Origin: an uncultured Verrucomicrobiae bacterium
GTDB taxonomy: Bacteria > Verrucomicrobiota > Verrucomicrobiia > Chthoniobacterales > UBA10450
NCBI GenBank assembly: GCA_963735805.1
Contig: CAVTMK010000002.1
Coordinates: forward strand, 256,001 to 320,000
DNA: 64,000 nucleotides
Direction of reading: 5' to 3'
Below are positions 49,857 through 59,209 of this stretch, in pieces (positions within the stretch are counted from its first letter, which is position 1; the number at the start of each line of letters is the position of its first letter). A program made the position numbers and the translations under genes. The notes beneath the pieces are model-generated. The model made no database searches. It was not told the origin of the DNA and saw nothing but the letters and a program-made list of their open reading frames with translations.

Positions 49857-50960
49857 ATGAGAAAAATAAGAATCGCCATTGTCGGCATTGGCAACTGCGC
49901 CAGCTCTCTAGTTCAGGGAATCAACTTTTATGACGGCTCTTCCGTCAATAGCACCGGTATCGGATTGATGCATCGCCAAATCGGGTCATATGCGCCGGGC
50001 GACATCGAAATAGTCGCCGCTTTTGACATCGACCGGCGTAAGGTAGGCTTGGACGTCAGCAAAGCCATCTTCGCGCCTCCCAATTGCACGAAGGTCTTCT
50101 GTGAAAATATCAAGCTCACGGGCGCCATTGTGAAAATGGGCTGCGTTTTCGATGGGTATCCGGAGCACATGCGCGACCAGGATCCCCTCCGCACATTCCT
50201 TCCCCTGGAGAAAGAATCCACTCGCGAACAGATCATTGGCGAATTGAAAGACTCTTCCGCGGAACTGATGGTCAATTATCTGCCAGTGGGCTCCGAAGAG
50301 GCGACCCGTTTCTACGCCAGTTGCGCGCTGGAGGCCGGGCTCGGGTTCGTCAATAACATCCCTGTTTTCATCGCCAGCGATCCGAAGTGGGCAAGGCGAT
50401 TTGCCGATAAGAATCTACCGATCATAGGGGATGACATCAAAGCGCAGATGGGCGCTACGATCGTGCATCGAGCCCTGGTTGACCTTTTTCGTAAGCGCGG
50501 TGTGAAGCTTATACGCACTTATCAACTGAACACTGGCGGTAATACCGATTTCTTAAACATGCTCAATCGCACCCGGCTGGCATCGAAGAAGACCTCGAAA
50601 ACCGAAGCGGTGCAATCTGTAATCGGCGACCGCCTATCAGACGAAAATATTCACATCGGTCCGAGCGATTACGTACCCTGGCAGCTCGATAACAAGATTG
50701 CCTTTATCCGGGTGGAAGGCCGGCTCTTCGGCGATGTGCCGATGGAAATCGATGTGAAACTTTCCGTGGAAGATTCGCCAAACTCAGCGGGCGTGGCAAT
50801 CGACGCTATTCGTTGTTGCAAGCTGGCGCTCGATCGCGGCATCGGCGGCGTGTTGCATTCACCCTCCGCCTATTTCTCGAAACATCCGCCGGTGCAAATG
50901 ACAGATGACGAAGCATTCCGCTGCGTTGAGCAATTCATTCGCGGCGAACGCGAGAGCTAG
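49857..50960 (+). CDS. ino1: myo-inositol-1(3)-phosphate synthase
   Basis: GIGNCASSLVQG, NYLPVGS, GDDIKAQMGAT, QLNTGGNTDFLN, SKTEAV, EDSPNSAG. Confidence 0.95.
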   Translation: MRKIRIAIVGIGNCASSLVQGINFYDGSSVNSTGIGLMHRQIGSYAPGDIEIVAAFDIDRRKVGLDVSKAIFAPPNCTKVFCENIKLTGAIVKMGCVFDGYPEHMRDQDPLRTFLPLEKESTREQIIGELKDSSAELMVNYLPVGSEEATRFYASCALEAGLGFVNNIPVFIASDPKWARRFADKNLPIIGDDIKAQMGATIVHRALVDLFRKRGVKLIRTYQLNTGGNTDFLNMLNRTRLASKKTSKTEAVQSVIGDRLSDENIHIGPSDYVPWQLDNKIAFIRVEGRLFGDVPMEIDVKLSVEDSPNSAGVAIDAIRCCKLALDRGIGGVLHSPSAYFSKHPPVQMTDDEAFRCVEQFIRGERES

Positions 50961-51019
50961 CCGGCGTTTAAGCACGCGAGGCAGGCGCCAACCTTTGCTC
51001 CGTTGTTGTTGCCCTTCCA

Positions 51020-54000
51020 TCAAAAGTCATCAGGCGCGTCCGGTCGAATTTCCTCCTCGAGTTGCGAGGGCAGAAGTTGTTCTAGCCGATCCCATTCGGT
51101 TTGCAGTTCCTCTGCGGAGTAAAGTAAGAGACGGCCAAGCGCCGTTGAGAACAAACCGGCTTCCACTTCGAGCTCTGTAATTTCCCCCACCGCTTTCCAG
51201 TAGGCCGCCAGCTGCGGGCGGTAACGTGCGCGAAAGATTTCGGCATCGCTCGAGGAAACCTCATTTGTTTTCCAATCAAGCAGAAGACACCGGCCAGCTT
51301 TGCGATTAATCATGATCGAATCGATCAAACCTTCAAACACACTGCGGTCGTTCCGAAGCCAGGAAAATGGAAACTCGGCATGAAACAACGTTTCATCGCT
51401 GGCAAGGAAACGAGCGATGCTCGCGTCGCTGAACAAACTCTGGCGAGTGGCCTTCCAGTCTTCCGACGCAGCTTGTGCGTCGGGAGAAATCGGCAATTTT
51501 TGTTCGAATAACTTTTGCGCGGACTCGATTCCGCCTTTCCAATCCATGCGCTCGAAAAATTTGTGCCACCAGCGGCCATAGAGTGTTGCCAGATTGTCCA
51601 GCCGCGAGCGTGTCCGTACCTCTGCTGGGACGTCCGAATCGAGCGCGCTCGGTGTGACCTTGCGCACGAATTCCGAAGCGCGTTTCGCGGAGTCCTCGAG
51701 TTCGCGGGAAGTTAAAGGCTCGATTTCGGCGCCCTTTTTTCCCGGCGCCCGCCTCACGGTCGGAGAAGGTTCGAGGATTTCGTCGATCGTGTTGCTGTGT
51801 TGATCGAATTCGCCGGAATAAAAATCTTTGTCACGAAGCAGCCGTCGAAGTTGCGCTGTTCGTGGCAGCTTGCCGTCGCTGCTAGAGAAGATTTCCTGAT
51901 CGAGCACAATGACTAGCGCATGGCGTGCCCGCGTCGTTGCGACATAGAGAAGGCGTTCCAGCTCCTGCTTTTGGGCGCACTCAATCGCGTCTTTCAAATC
52001 CTTCGATTTGTCCTCTCTGCCGAACGCTATAATCAGTTCGCCATCCGCGGGCGATTTTACGAAATGCGGATAACGCGGCGATGGGAGCCGCAGGTCGCGC
52101 CCAAGAAATGGCACGATAACCGCCTGCCATTCAGACCCTTTTGCCTTATGCGAAGTGATAAGTTGGATCGCATTGTCGTCAGCGGAAAAACGGACGGCGC
52201 GTGGCGACGCGAAGTCGTTGCGTAACTGTTCGGCGAACCCAGCCAGGATTATTCCGTTCGCTTCCGCTTCCGCCGCTTGTGCGAGTAAGGCATCGAGCTC
52301 GCGTGCGAGATCGCCAAACTCCGTCGCGGGCAATAGGAGCAAACGCTCGCGCAAATGCGTTTTCTCGATGATCAATGTAACGGCATCAAATAACGCCAGA
52401 CCTTCCGCGCGTTGGCGAATTTCTGCGAGCATGTGCAAAACCGACGAAATTCTTCCGGTCGCTGACAAAATCTCGTCGATGCAAAATCTCGTTTTTTGCC
52501 CTTCGGAAAAGACGGCAAGATCGTGATCGGACCTGCCGAAGATCTCGCGGAGCACGCCGACAATTTCGTATGCGTTGAGCGGATCGGTCATGATTGTAAG
52601 GAGCGCGGTCAGCCACGCATAAGCCGGGCTGTCGCCTTTGACATCGCGTTCAGATTGGATCGCCACCGGCAAACCGAGGCGGCGTAACGCCGCGGCCATC
52701 GTTTGTAGCCAGGCTTTGCGCGGACAAAGAACCGCCACTTCCCGCCACGAATCGGCTGAAAGTTTTTGCAATCCCGCGCCCTTGATCCATCGCGCCAGAT
52801 ATTCCGCTTCGAGGCGTGCCTTCTGGTAGTCTTTGAGTTTTTTTCCTTCCGGGAGTAGTTGTTTCGCAACAAGCGGAACCCGAATGACTTTGCCCGGGAG
52901 AATTTCCGGGCGCGGTTGCAATTCGACGAAAGGGACCTGTCCGCCCTTGTTATTCAAAATCTCACGGAAAGTCTCGTTAACGAAATCGAGCTGCTTCTGG
53001 TCGAGCCGAAACGTGACGGCAAATTCCAGGCTCTCGCCATGCTTGTCGGCAATCAGCGCTTGATGAACACTCCGGTAATAACTCAGGTCTGCGCGCTGCC
53101 AGTAAATCGATTGCTGGAAATCGCCGACCATGCAGAAGTGCCCGGGGCGTGGACCTAAACGTCGATCTTGCAGCCAAAGTCCCTCGGCTTCCGGCGGGCG
53201 CGTCGCTTCCAGTAGCACGGAAAATTGCAGCGGCTCTGTGTCCTGGGCCTCGTCGAGGATGACCCGGAAGTTTTCTTCGCGAATTCTTTGCGCGGCGACG
53301 GGATGTCGCAGCAACTTTTCCGCAAGCGCGATTTGATCTCCGTAGGTGACGAGTCCACGGTCGAGTCGAAAATCGAGATAATCACGTTGTACCTCCGCCG
53401 CGACGCAGTTGGCCGCCTCGCAGATCCATTTTCGCAGAGGCGCAAATTTTTCTTGCCAGAGCTGAGTGAACCTGGCGTTTGGGGCTGTGAAACATATCGG
53501 CCATCGCAGATATTCCCAATCGCCGGCGAGACGCGTTTCCCATTCGCGCAATTCCGCCTGCGATTTAGGGATGTTGTCGTTCCCCTTTCCCTTATCCAAT
53601 TGTGAGTAGACCTCAGCGAAATCGAGCGGCGGACATGGTGACAACCCTGGCACCTGCAAAACAGTCGAGCGCGCACGTCGGGCCAGCTCCATCAGGTCGC
53701 GCGCCTGCACGAAACGCAGAAGCGTGGCCCGGTCTTTTCCGCCTAATGACCTGCCAATTCGAGTTTGGTTTTGTGCAAACTCCTGCCAGAGGTCGTCGTC
53801 GTCCTCGACCAACTCGAGCGGTGCAGGCAAACCGAGAAAATGACCGAAGTCGGTCAGAAGTTTCATGCAAAACGAATGGATTGTGCCGAAAAAGGCACGA
53901 TTGAATGCAGTCTGTACGTCCGGTCTCAAATTTTCCTGGAGCAAAGCTTGCCGCGTGCGCTGTTGCATTTCGTCGGCTGCACGATTGGTGAAGGTGACGA

Positions 54001-54169
54001 CGACCAGAGACGGCAGAATTTTCACGGCGTTTGGCGAACGTGCGATCGCCAAAACTCGCTTCGTGATCGCAGTCGTTTTGCCTGAACCCGCCGAGGCGAC
54101 TACAGAAAAATTGCGATCCAGCTCGCTTGCAAAACGAGTGCGCGCGGCTTCGTCGCGCGGCTTCACCAT
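51020..54169 (-). CDS. addA: AddA-like UvrD helicase with C-terminal PD-(D/E)XK nuclease
   Basis: ASAGSGKT, TFTNRAA, DEAQD, GDFQQSIY, HKAKGSEW, YVATTRAR, GLID...DWKT...QLAAY. Confidence 0.8.
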   Translation of the reverse strand: MVKPRDEAARTRFASELDRNFSVVASAGSGKTTAITKRVLAIARSPNAVKILPSLVVVTFTNRAADEMQQRTRQALLQENLRPDVQTAFNRAFFGTIHSFCMKLLTDFGHFLGLPAPLELVEDDDDLWQEFAQNQTRIGRSLGGKDRATLLRFVQARDLMELARRARSTVLQVPGLSPCPPLDFAEVYSQLDKGKGNDNIPKSQAELREWETRLAGDWEYLRWPICFTAPNARFTQLWQEKFAPLRKWICEAANCVAAEVQRDYLDFRLDRGLVTYGDQIALAEKLLRHPVAAQRIREENFRVILDEAQDTEPLQFSVLLEATRPPEAEGLWLQDRRLGPRPGHFCMVGDFQQSIYWQRADLSYYRSVHQALIADKHGESLEFAVTFRLDQKQLDFVNETFREILNNKGGQVPFVELQPRPEILPGKVIRVPLVAKQLLPEGKKLKDYQKARLEAEYLARWIKGAGLQKLSADSWREVAVLCPRKAWLQTMAAALRRLGLPVAIQSERDVKGDSPAYAWLTALLTIMTDPLNAYEIVGVLREIFGRSDHDLAVFSEGQKTRFCIDEILSATGRISSVLHMLAEIRQRAEGLALFDAVTLIIEKTHLRERLLLLPATEFGDLARELDALLAQAAEAEANGIILAGFAEQLRNDFASPRAVRFSADDNAIQLITSHKAKGSEWQAVIVPFLGRDLRLPSPRYPHFVKSPADGELIIAFGREDKSKDLKDAIECAQKQELERLLYVATTRARHALVIVLDQEIFSSSDGKLPRTAQLRRLLRDKDFYSGEFDQHSNTIDEILEPSPTVRRAPGKKGAEIEPLTSRELEDSAKRASEFVRKVTPSALDSDVPAEVRTRSRLDNLATLYGRWWHKFFERMDWKGGIESAQKLFEQKLPISPDAQAASEDWKATRQSLFSDASIARFLASDETLFHAEFPFSWLRNDRSVFEGLIDSIMINRKAGRCLLLDWKTNEVSSSDAEIFRARYRPQLAAYWKAVGEITELEVEAGLFSTALGRLLLYSAEELQTEWDRLEQLLPSQLEEEIRPDAPDDF

Positions 54170-57153
54170 GTTTCCCACTCCTCTTTCTCAAGGACGAGCG
54201 CTGGGTGGGTCAGCGCCCATTTATCTTCCAGAATATCGTTGTCGATTTGCAACGTCGCGAACGGATAGGGGGCGCTGTAACCAAAAGCCGGGCGGATATC
54301 ACCTTTCATCCCGAAAACCCCGGTGCGTTGCATTTCCGCGAGATCGGCAAAGACGTCCGTATGCGATGCAAGATCGGCAACGGATAATTGTGGAGCGACG
54401 TTTTTAACCGCAAGCGAAATAATGCTCACGTTCACTTCGGCGGCGCCTCGCTCGCGTATGGCTAACGCATAAAGGCCGAGCTGCAACGTTGTGCCTTTGA
54501 CCAGATTGTCGTGTAGATCGGAGGCCTTCAGTTCCCTGGTGGAACCGGTTTTGTAATCGACAATCCAGATCTTTTGGCCGGCGAAACTGGCCGCGTCATT
54601 TTGCGCGAGCACCAAATCGATTTGACCGTGCAGATCAAGCTCCACGCCATCGGCAATTTTCAACGCCCCTTCGCGACCGACGGACAACTCCGTCGCCATC
54701 CACTTCCATTCTTTCGCACCTCCGATTTTGGCGCCCAGGTGCCGCGCGAGATAGCGTGCATTCAACCAGCCGGAGTTCCACCAATCAGGGACGGCTTTGC
54801 CTAACGAGTCGCAAAGATGTCGAAGCTCCGCACAGCGTTTATCCGCGGCCAGCCGGACGCGGCTATCGATCTCTTTCAGGGAAGGAAACGCCGAGAAAAT
54901 TCTTCCGTCCCGAGCTTCGATAATATTCGCCAGCCAGTGATGCACCCATTTCCCAGTCGCCGCTGCCCAGGGATTCGCGACGTCCTCCGATGCTTCCACG
55001 CCAAGATAACGCTTCATCCAAATAATCGCTGGCGACGAAACCATTCGTTCGAGATCGCTCACACTCAGCGTCGGCACCGGTCGATACGACTCGTTGGGCC
55101 GCAAAGCGAAATCGTATTCTCCCGCTGGTTTAGAGGGGTCGCGACGCGTGTTGAATGCAATCAGGGTTTGCTCCACATCCGTCGCTACGCCGGCAGGCGT
55201 CGCCAACAGCGCAGTGGCGCGCCGCAGATTTTTCAGCGTCGTTTGGGTGAGCGGTTCACCTCGCGTTTTGAGATAAAGCTCGGTAAAACATTCGCTTGGA
55301 TTCCAAAACCGTTCCGGCGCGTCCTCCTGCACCAGACTGGCCGCCAGCGTCACGCCTTCGGCAGCCGATTCGAGGAGCGCGTCGAATTGCCGCAACGCGA
55401 TCGCGCGTTGTTCGCCCGGCCCGAGATAGAGCGAATGATTTTCGCGCACACTGGTATGGCCCTCGCCCTGGCTTCCCTGGCGCGCGGCGCGCTTGTTGAG
55501 CTGTTGGACGCTGCGATTGAAGGCGCGAATCTCTTCCGGGCGTGCAAACTCCGCGCCAGTTGGGGGCGGCCAGGCCCCTTCGTTCCAGCCGGCGAGAATC
55601 AAGTGCGACCATTCCTGGTTTTGCGCACGTGCTACTGTCAGCAATTGCACGCGCGCATACGGATGGTCGCCTGCGGCTGAGCGGGCGCGTTCTGAGGTGG
55701 CAACCGTTTCTTTCAGCCAGCGCAAAAAAAGCACGCGCGAAAATTTGGCATCGACGTGCTGCGACCAATCATGCGCAACGTTGGCAAGTTCGAGTGCGTG
55801 TTGCTTCCATTTGAGATGGGCAAAAGCGGCATGAGTCTGTTCGAGAAACTGCGCGAGCGTGGCTCGCGGCGGGAGCAACGGCAGCGCTCGCAAGGCTTCG
55901 GCGGCTGACTGAAATTTGTCATCCACGCGCGTGGCACAGAATTCGTGCAGCAGCTCGAGATCGTCCAGCAACACCTCCGTGTAACTATCGCGCAGAATTT
56001 TTTCGAAAACTTGCCGGCTGATCTTGGGTGATACGAGTGCTGGGTCGGGCAACGCATTTAGAAAGCGCAGAAACGAATTGAGTCGTGGCGCGCGTTGCAG
56101 TTCGATCCATGCCTGCCACTCTGCCGATTCGAAAATGCCGGGTACGATATGGGCGAGTCCGTCATTGTGTGGGATTTCAAGCCGCTCCAGCGAGTTCGCG
56201 ACCAGACGCGGCAAGGCCCCGCCGCGGGGAAAAATCACCCCGAGCCGCGTGCATTTCTCATCTGCCAAATAACGGATGCATTGCCCGGTGATCGCTTCGG
56301 CCTGTTCCGAAAAGTTTGTACCGATCAGAAAATCGACGCGTTTTGCCGTTTCCGCGCCTCCGCGCATTTCTATTTCGCTAAAAAGCGAATCGCCGAGCTC
56401 GGTGGTCGCTCTTGGCGAGCGTTGGGCTTCGCCACAGATTTCTTCCCAGGAACCGACCCAGCAAAGATCGACATCCGAAAAGTTCTGCCGTGGTTCCTCG
56501 AGCACGATCGTGGCGTTTTCTGCCAGTTGGACCGCGGTGCGCAGGAGAAACCACTCTGCCCAATGCCCGCCGTCAAATCCCGTGATAAGCACGTGGGAAA
56601 ATTCTCGTCTGCCACGTGCGGCTTCTTTCAAACGCTTTCGATCAGCCTCGCCGGGAAGTACAAACCCGCATTTTTTCAGCAGTTCGTTAAAACGCTCAAC
56701 CACTGGTACAAACGACGACAACCCAAGTTCTTGAAATTTCCAACCGGCAGTCTCGAGGCGATCTAATGCACGCAGCAGTAGCGCGGGTGCTCGAGCAACA
56801 GCTTTGGCCGCAAGCGCTTCAGAGTCGTTACGCCGATTTTCCATTTCGCTGGCCGCAATCGCGAGAAGCAAACGCAGATGTTCAAGCTCAGCACCCGGCG
56901 CCGCGTCATCACGCGCGAGTAAAGCACGCACGCTTGCCGGCGTAGCAAACCGCAAACCGAGATACGAAGAGTTTTTTTCAATCAGGCGCGTCTTGAGATC
57001 GTTGACGTGTCCACGCGTTGGGACCACGACCAGGGAAGGCAACGGGTGTTTCCAAGCCCCCGGCACAACTCGTTCGAACCAGGGCGCAATCGCATCGTCC
57101 CAAGCTTCCTGAACGGACGGCGCAACGAGTAGAACTGGCCGTGATCGTTTCAT
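54163..57153 (-). CDS. addB: AddB-like protein with C-terminal PD-(D/E)XK nuclease
   Basis: LSVSDLE, GKWVH, GQIDL...VDYKTG...QLGLY; immediately upstream of the addA-like gene. Confidence 0.7.
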   Translation of the reverse strand: MKRSRPVLLVAPSVQEAWDDAIAPWFERVVPGAWKHPLPSLVVVPTRGHVNDLKTRLIEKNSSYLGLRFATPASVRALLARDDAAPGAELEHLRLLLAIAASEMENRRNDSEALAAKAVARAPALLLRALDRLETAGWKFQELGLSSFVPVVERFNELLKKCGFVLPGEADRKRLKEAARGRREFSHVLITGFDGGHWAEWFLLRTAVQLAENATIVLEEPRQNFSDVDLCWVGSWEEICGEAQRSPRATTELGDSLFSEIEMRGGAETAKRVDFLIGTNFSEQAEAITGQCIRYLADEKCTRLGVIFPRGGALPRLVANSLERLEIPHNDGLAHIVPGIFESAEWQAWIELQRAPRLNSFLRFLNALPDPALVSPKISRQVFEKILRDSYTEVLLDDLELLHEFCATRVDDKFQSAAEALRALPLLPPRATLAQFLEQTHAAFAHLKWKQHALELANVAHDWSQHVDAKFSRVLFLRWLKETVATSERARSAAGDHPYARVQLLTVARAQNQEWSHLILAGWNEGAWPPPTGAEFARPEEIRAFNRSVQQLNKRAARQGSQGEGHTSVRENHSLYLGPGEQRAIALRQFDALLESAAEGVTLAASLVQEDAPERFWNPSECFTELYLKTRGEPLTQTTLKNLRRATALLATPAGVATDVEQTLIAFNTRRDPSKPAGEYDFALRPNESYRPVPTLSVSDLERMVSSPAIIWMKRYLGVEASEDVANPWAAATGKWVHHWLANIIEARDGRIFSAFPSLKEIDSRVRLAADKRCAELRHLCDSLGKAVPDWWNSGWLNARYLARHLGAKIGGAKEWKWMATELSVGREGALKIADGVELDLHGQIDLVLAQNDAASFAGQKIWIVDYKTGSTRELKASDLHDNLVKGTTLQLGLYALAIRERGAAEVNVSIISLAVKNVAPQLSVADLASHTDVFADLAEMQRTGVFGMKGDIRPAFGYSAPYPFATLQIDNDILEDKWALTHPALVLEKEEWETW

Positions 57154-59060
57154 GGTTGCATGGTCCCTGCCAAGCTGCGCTTGTCGCCACTGCGCCGTGT
57201 GAACCCTTCGCGATCGAGTCTCTCAAGAAATGGAACCATGATTCGCCGTGAACTCTCGAGTGCCTGTCTCAGTTCGCTCACCGTAGCTGGTCCATTTTTG
57301 GAAATGAAATCAGCGACGGCATTTTTCATGCGTTCAAAGTTCTCGCGCAACAGCACCACGTCCGGAACGATTTCAATTACTTTTCCACTTTCTATCAAAA
57401 ATTTGAGTATTCGTTGCGCCTCCGGGTCTCGTTCGATGTCTCTCCGGGGCGGGGGATCGAACGGTTTCTTGCATAGCGCCTCGTGAATTTTGGCTGCGAC
57501 AGGTTGCAGCTTCACCGGCAAAGCCGGTCGATGTGAACGTCGTGCAATCGTTGTTTCTCTCCGAGCGAAATCACCCGAACACAGGTCCGTCACGAGCGCC
57601 TCGAAAACGTCCGTCGATTTGTCGCGTAGCGCGGCGCGCAGATCGCTCACATTGAAACCAACCCGTTCGGGATTCTTGTCTAGTGCGTTGTCAATCAGAC
57701 GCGTGGCACGGTTTCGCAACGCCTGCCAGCGATTCGGATTGGCGGCGATTTTCTCTTGCATGACGATCTCCTTTTGATGTTGGAGGTCCCGTAACGCGTC
57801 AGCGATCTCGCTGCTGCTGAAGCGAGATTTACCAAGCAAATCTTGAATCGACAAAAAGCCGCGGAGTCCAACTTCGGAGCGCACCCAGGCACCGATGTCA
57901 TTTGGGGACAGGGCGCGATCCATCAACAATTTGCGTTTCGCTTCGTCGCGAAATTCCGTGCCATCTGGATCAAGCACTATCCCGCCACCGAGCGTGTGTT
58001 GTTCGGATGGATCGCGACTAACAAAACGATCGCCGGCGAATACGAAAATTGGCGATGCGAGCCTTAGCTGAGCGATTTCTGTTTTGCCTGGCTCAAGAAG
58101 CCGATTTTCAAAGAACCGGACCTTCGCCATGGTCCACGATGTTCCGTGATGGACGTGCACTGACGAACCGTTTTTCAACGGCCGCACGCCCGGATTTTCG
58201 CGAGGAAGCCGCGGTGATTTTTCCAGAAGGGCAATAAGCGTCGAATTTGCAGGCGCCAACTCGCCAATCGTGACAGCATTGCCCCGGCTGATCTGCTCGA
58301 CGCTGAAGTCCGGCAGACTAATTGCGGTTCGCATTCCCGGTTGGGCAACCTCCAACTCGCGTCCGTGACTTTGAATTGAACGAATGCGTCCCTCAAGACT
58401 GCCCGGTTGGACGACAATCTTCTGGTCGCGGCGCAGTTGTCCACCAGTCAATGTGCCCGTGACCACGGTGCCGATTCCGCGCAGGGTAAACACGCGATCG
58501 ATAAACAAGCGCGGCTTTCCGTAGTCGCGCGGTGGATGCAGCCTGGCGAACTCGCGGGCAAGCGCGCTTTTCAAGGTTTCAATACCTTCATTAGTGCGAA
58601 CCGAGGTTGCGATGATTTGGGCGTTCGAAAAAGGGCTGTCCTGCAGATGGTCACGAATTTGTCGGGTAACATTCTCGACCCCTCCCAGGTCGCATTTGGA
58701 GAGGGCAATCACTGCGCGCTGTACGCCGAGGTAGGTCAAAATTTGCAGATGCTCCTCGGTCTGCGGCATCCAGCCGTCGTCCGCAGCAACAACCAAAAGC
58801 GCGAGATCGATCGACCCGACGCCTGCAATCATGTTTCGAACAAAATCCTCGTGACCTGGCACATCGACGATTCCAATGTGAAGCCGCTGCTCGTCAGGAC
58901 TGACAAGGTTCAACTCCGCGAAACCGAGATCGATTGTGATTTGTCTCTCCTTTTCCTCGGGCAGCCGATCAGGGTCGGTTCCCGTGAGCACCTTCACCAG
59001 TGCGCTTTTGCCGTGATCGACATGCCCTGCAGTTGCGAGAATGAAGTGCTTCATTGTCAT
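57150..59060 (-). CDS. selB: Selenocysteine-specific elongation factor
   Basis: ATAGHVDHGKS, DRLPEEK..ITIDLGF, DVPGHEDF, C-terminal winged helix SRRIMVPFLERLD...RSGDKR. Confidence 0.95.
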   Translation of the reverse strand: MTMKHFILATAGHVDHGKSALVKVLTGTDPDRLPEEKERQITIDLGFAELNLVSPDEQRLHIGIVDVPGHEDFVRNMIAGVGSIDLALLVVAADDGWMPQTEEHLQILTYLGVQRAVIALSKCDLGGVENVTRQIRDHLQDSPFSNAQIIATSVRTNEGIETLKSALAREFARLHPPRDYGKPRLFIDRVFTLRGIGTVVTGTLTGGQLRRDQKIVVQPGSLEGRIRSIQSHGRELEVAQPGMRTAISLPDFSVEQISRGNAVTIGELAPANSTLIALLEKSPRLPRENPGVRPLKNGSSVHVHHGTSWTMAKVRFFENRLLEPGKTEIAQLRLASPIFVFAGDRFVSRDPSEQHTLGGGIVLDPDGTEFRDEAKRKLLMDRALSPNDIGAWVRSEVGLRGFLSIQDLLGKSRFSSSEIADALRDLQHQKEIVMQEKIAANPNRWQALRNRATRLIDNALDKNPERVGFNVSDLRAALRDKSTDVFEALVTDLCSGDFARRETTIARRSHRPALPVKLQPVAAKIHEALCKKPFDPPPRRDIERDPEAQRILKFLIESGKVIEIVPDVVLLRENFERMKNAVADFISKNGPATVSELRQALESSRRIMVPFLERLDREGFTRRSGDKRSLAGTMQP

Positions 59061-59084
59061 CTCGTTTCAACTCAACGATGCCGT

Positions 59085-59193
59085 GTCATCCTGAACGAAG
59101 TGAAAGACCTCACACAGGGTGATTGATCACCACTCACGTTAAGAGTATTCCCAGGCTTCGACTGTGAGATCCCCTCGCTCTGCTCGGGATAAC
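59085..59193. repeat. Intergenic palindromic MITE/REP-like element with ~30-bp imperfect terminal inverted repeats
   Basis: GTCATCCTGAACGAAGTGAAAGACCTCACA ... TGTGAGATCCCCTCGCTCTGCTCGGGATAAC. Confidence 0.7.
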
Positions 59194-59209
59194 GACTCTG
59201 TCGAATGTC

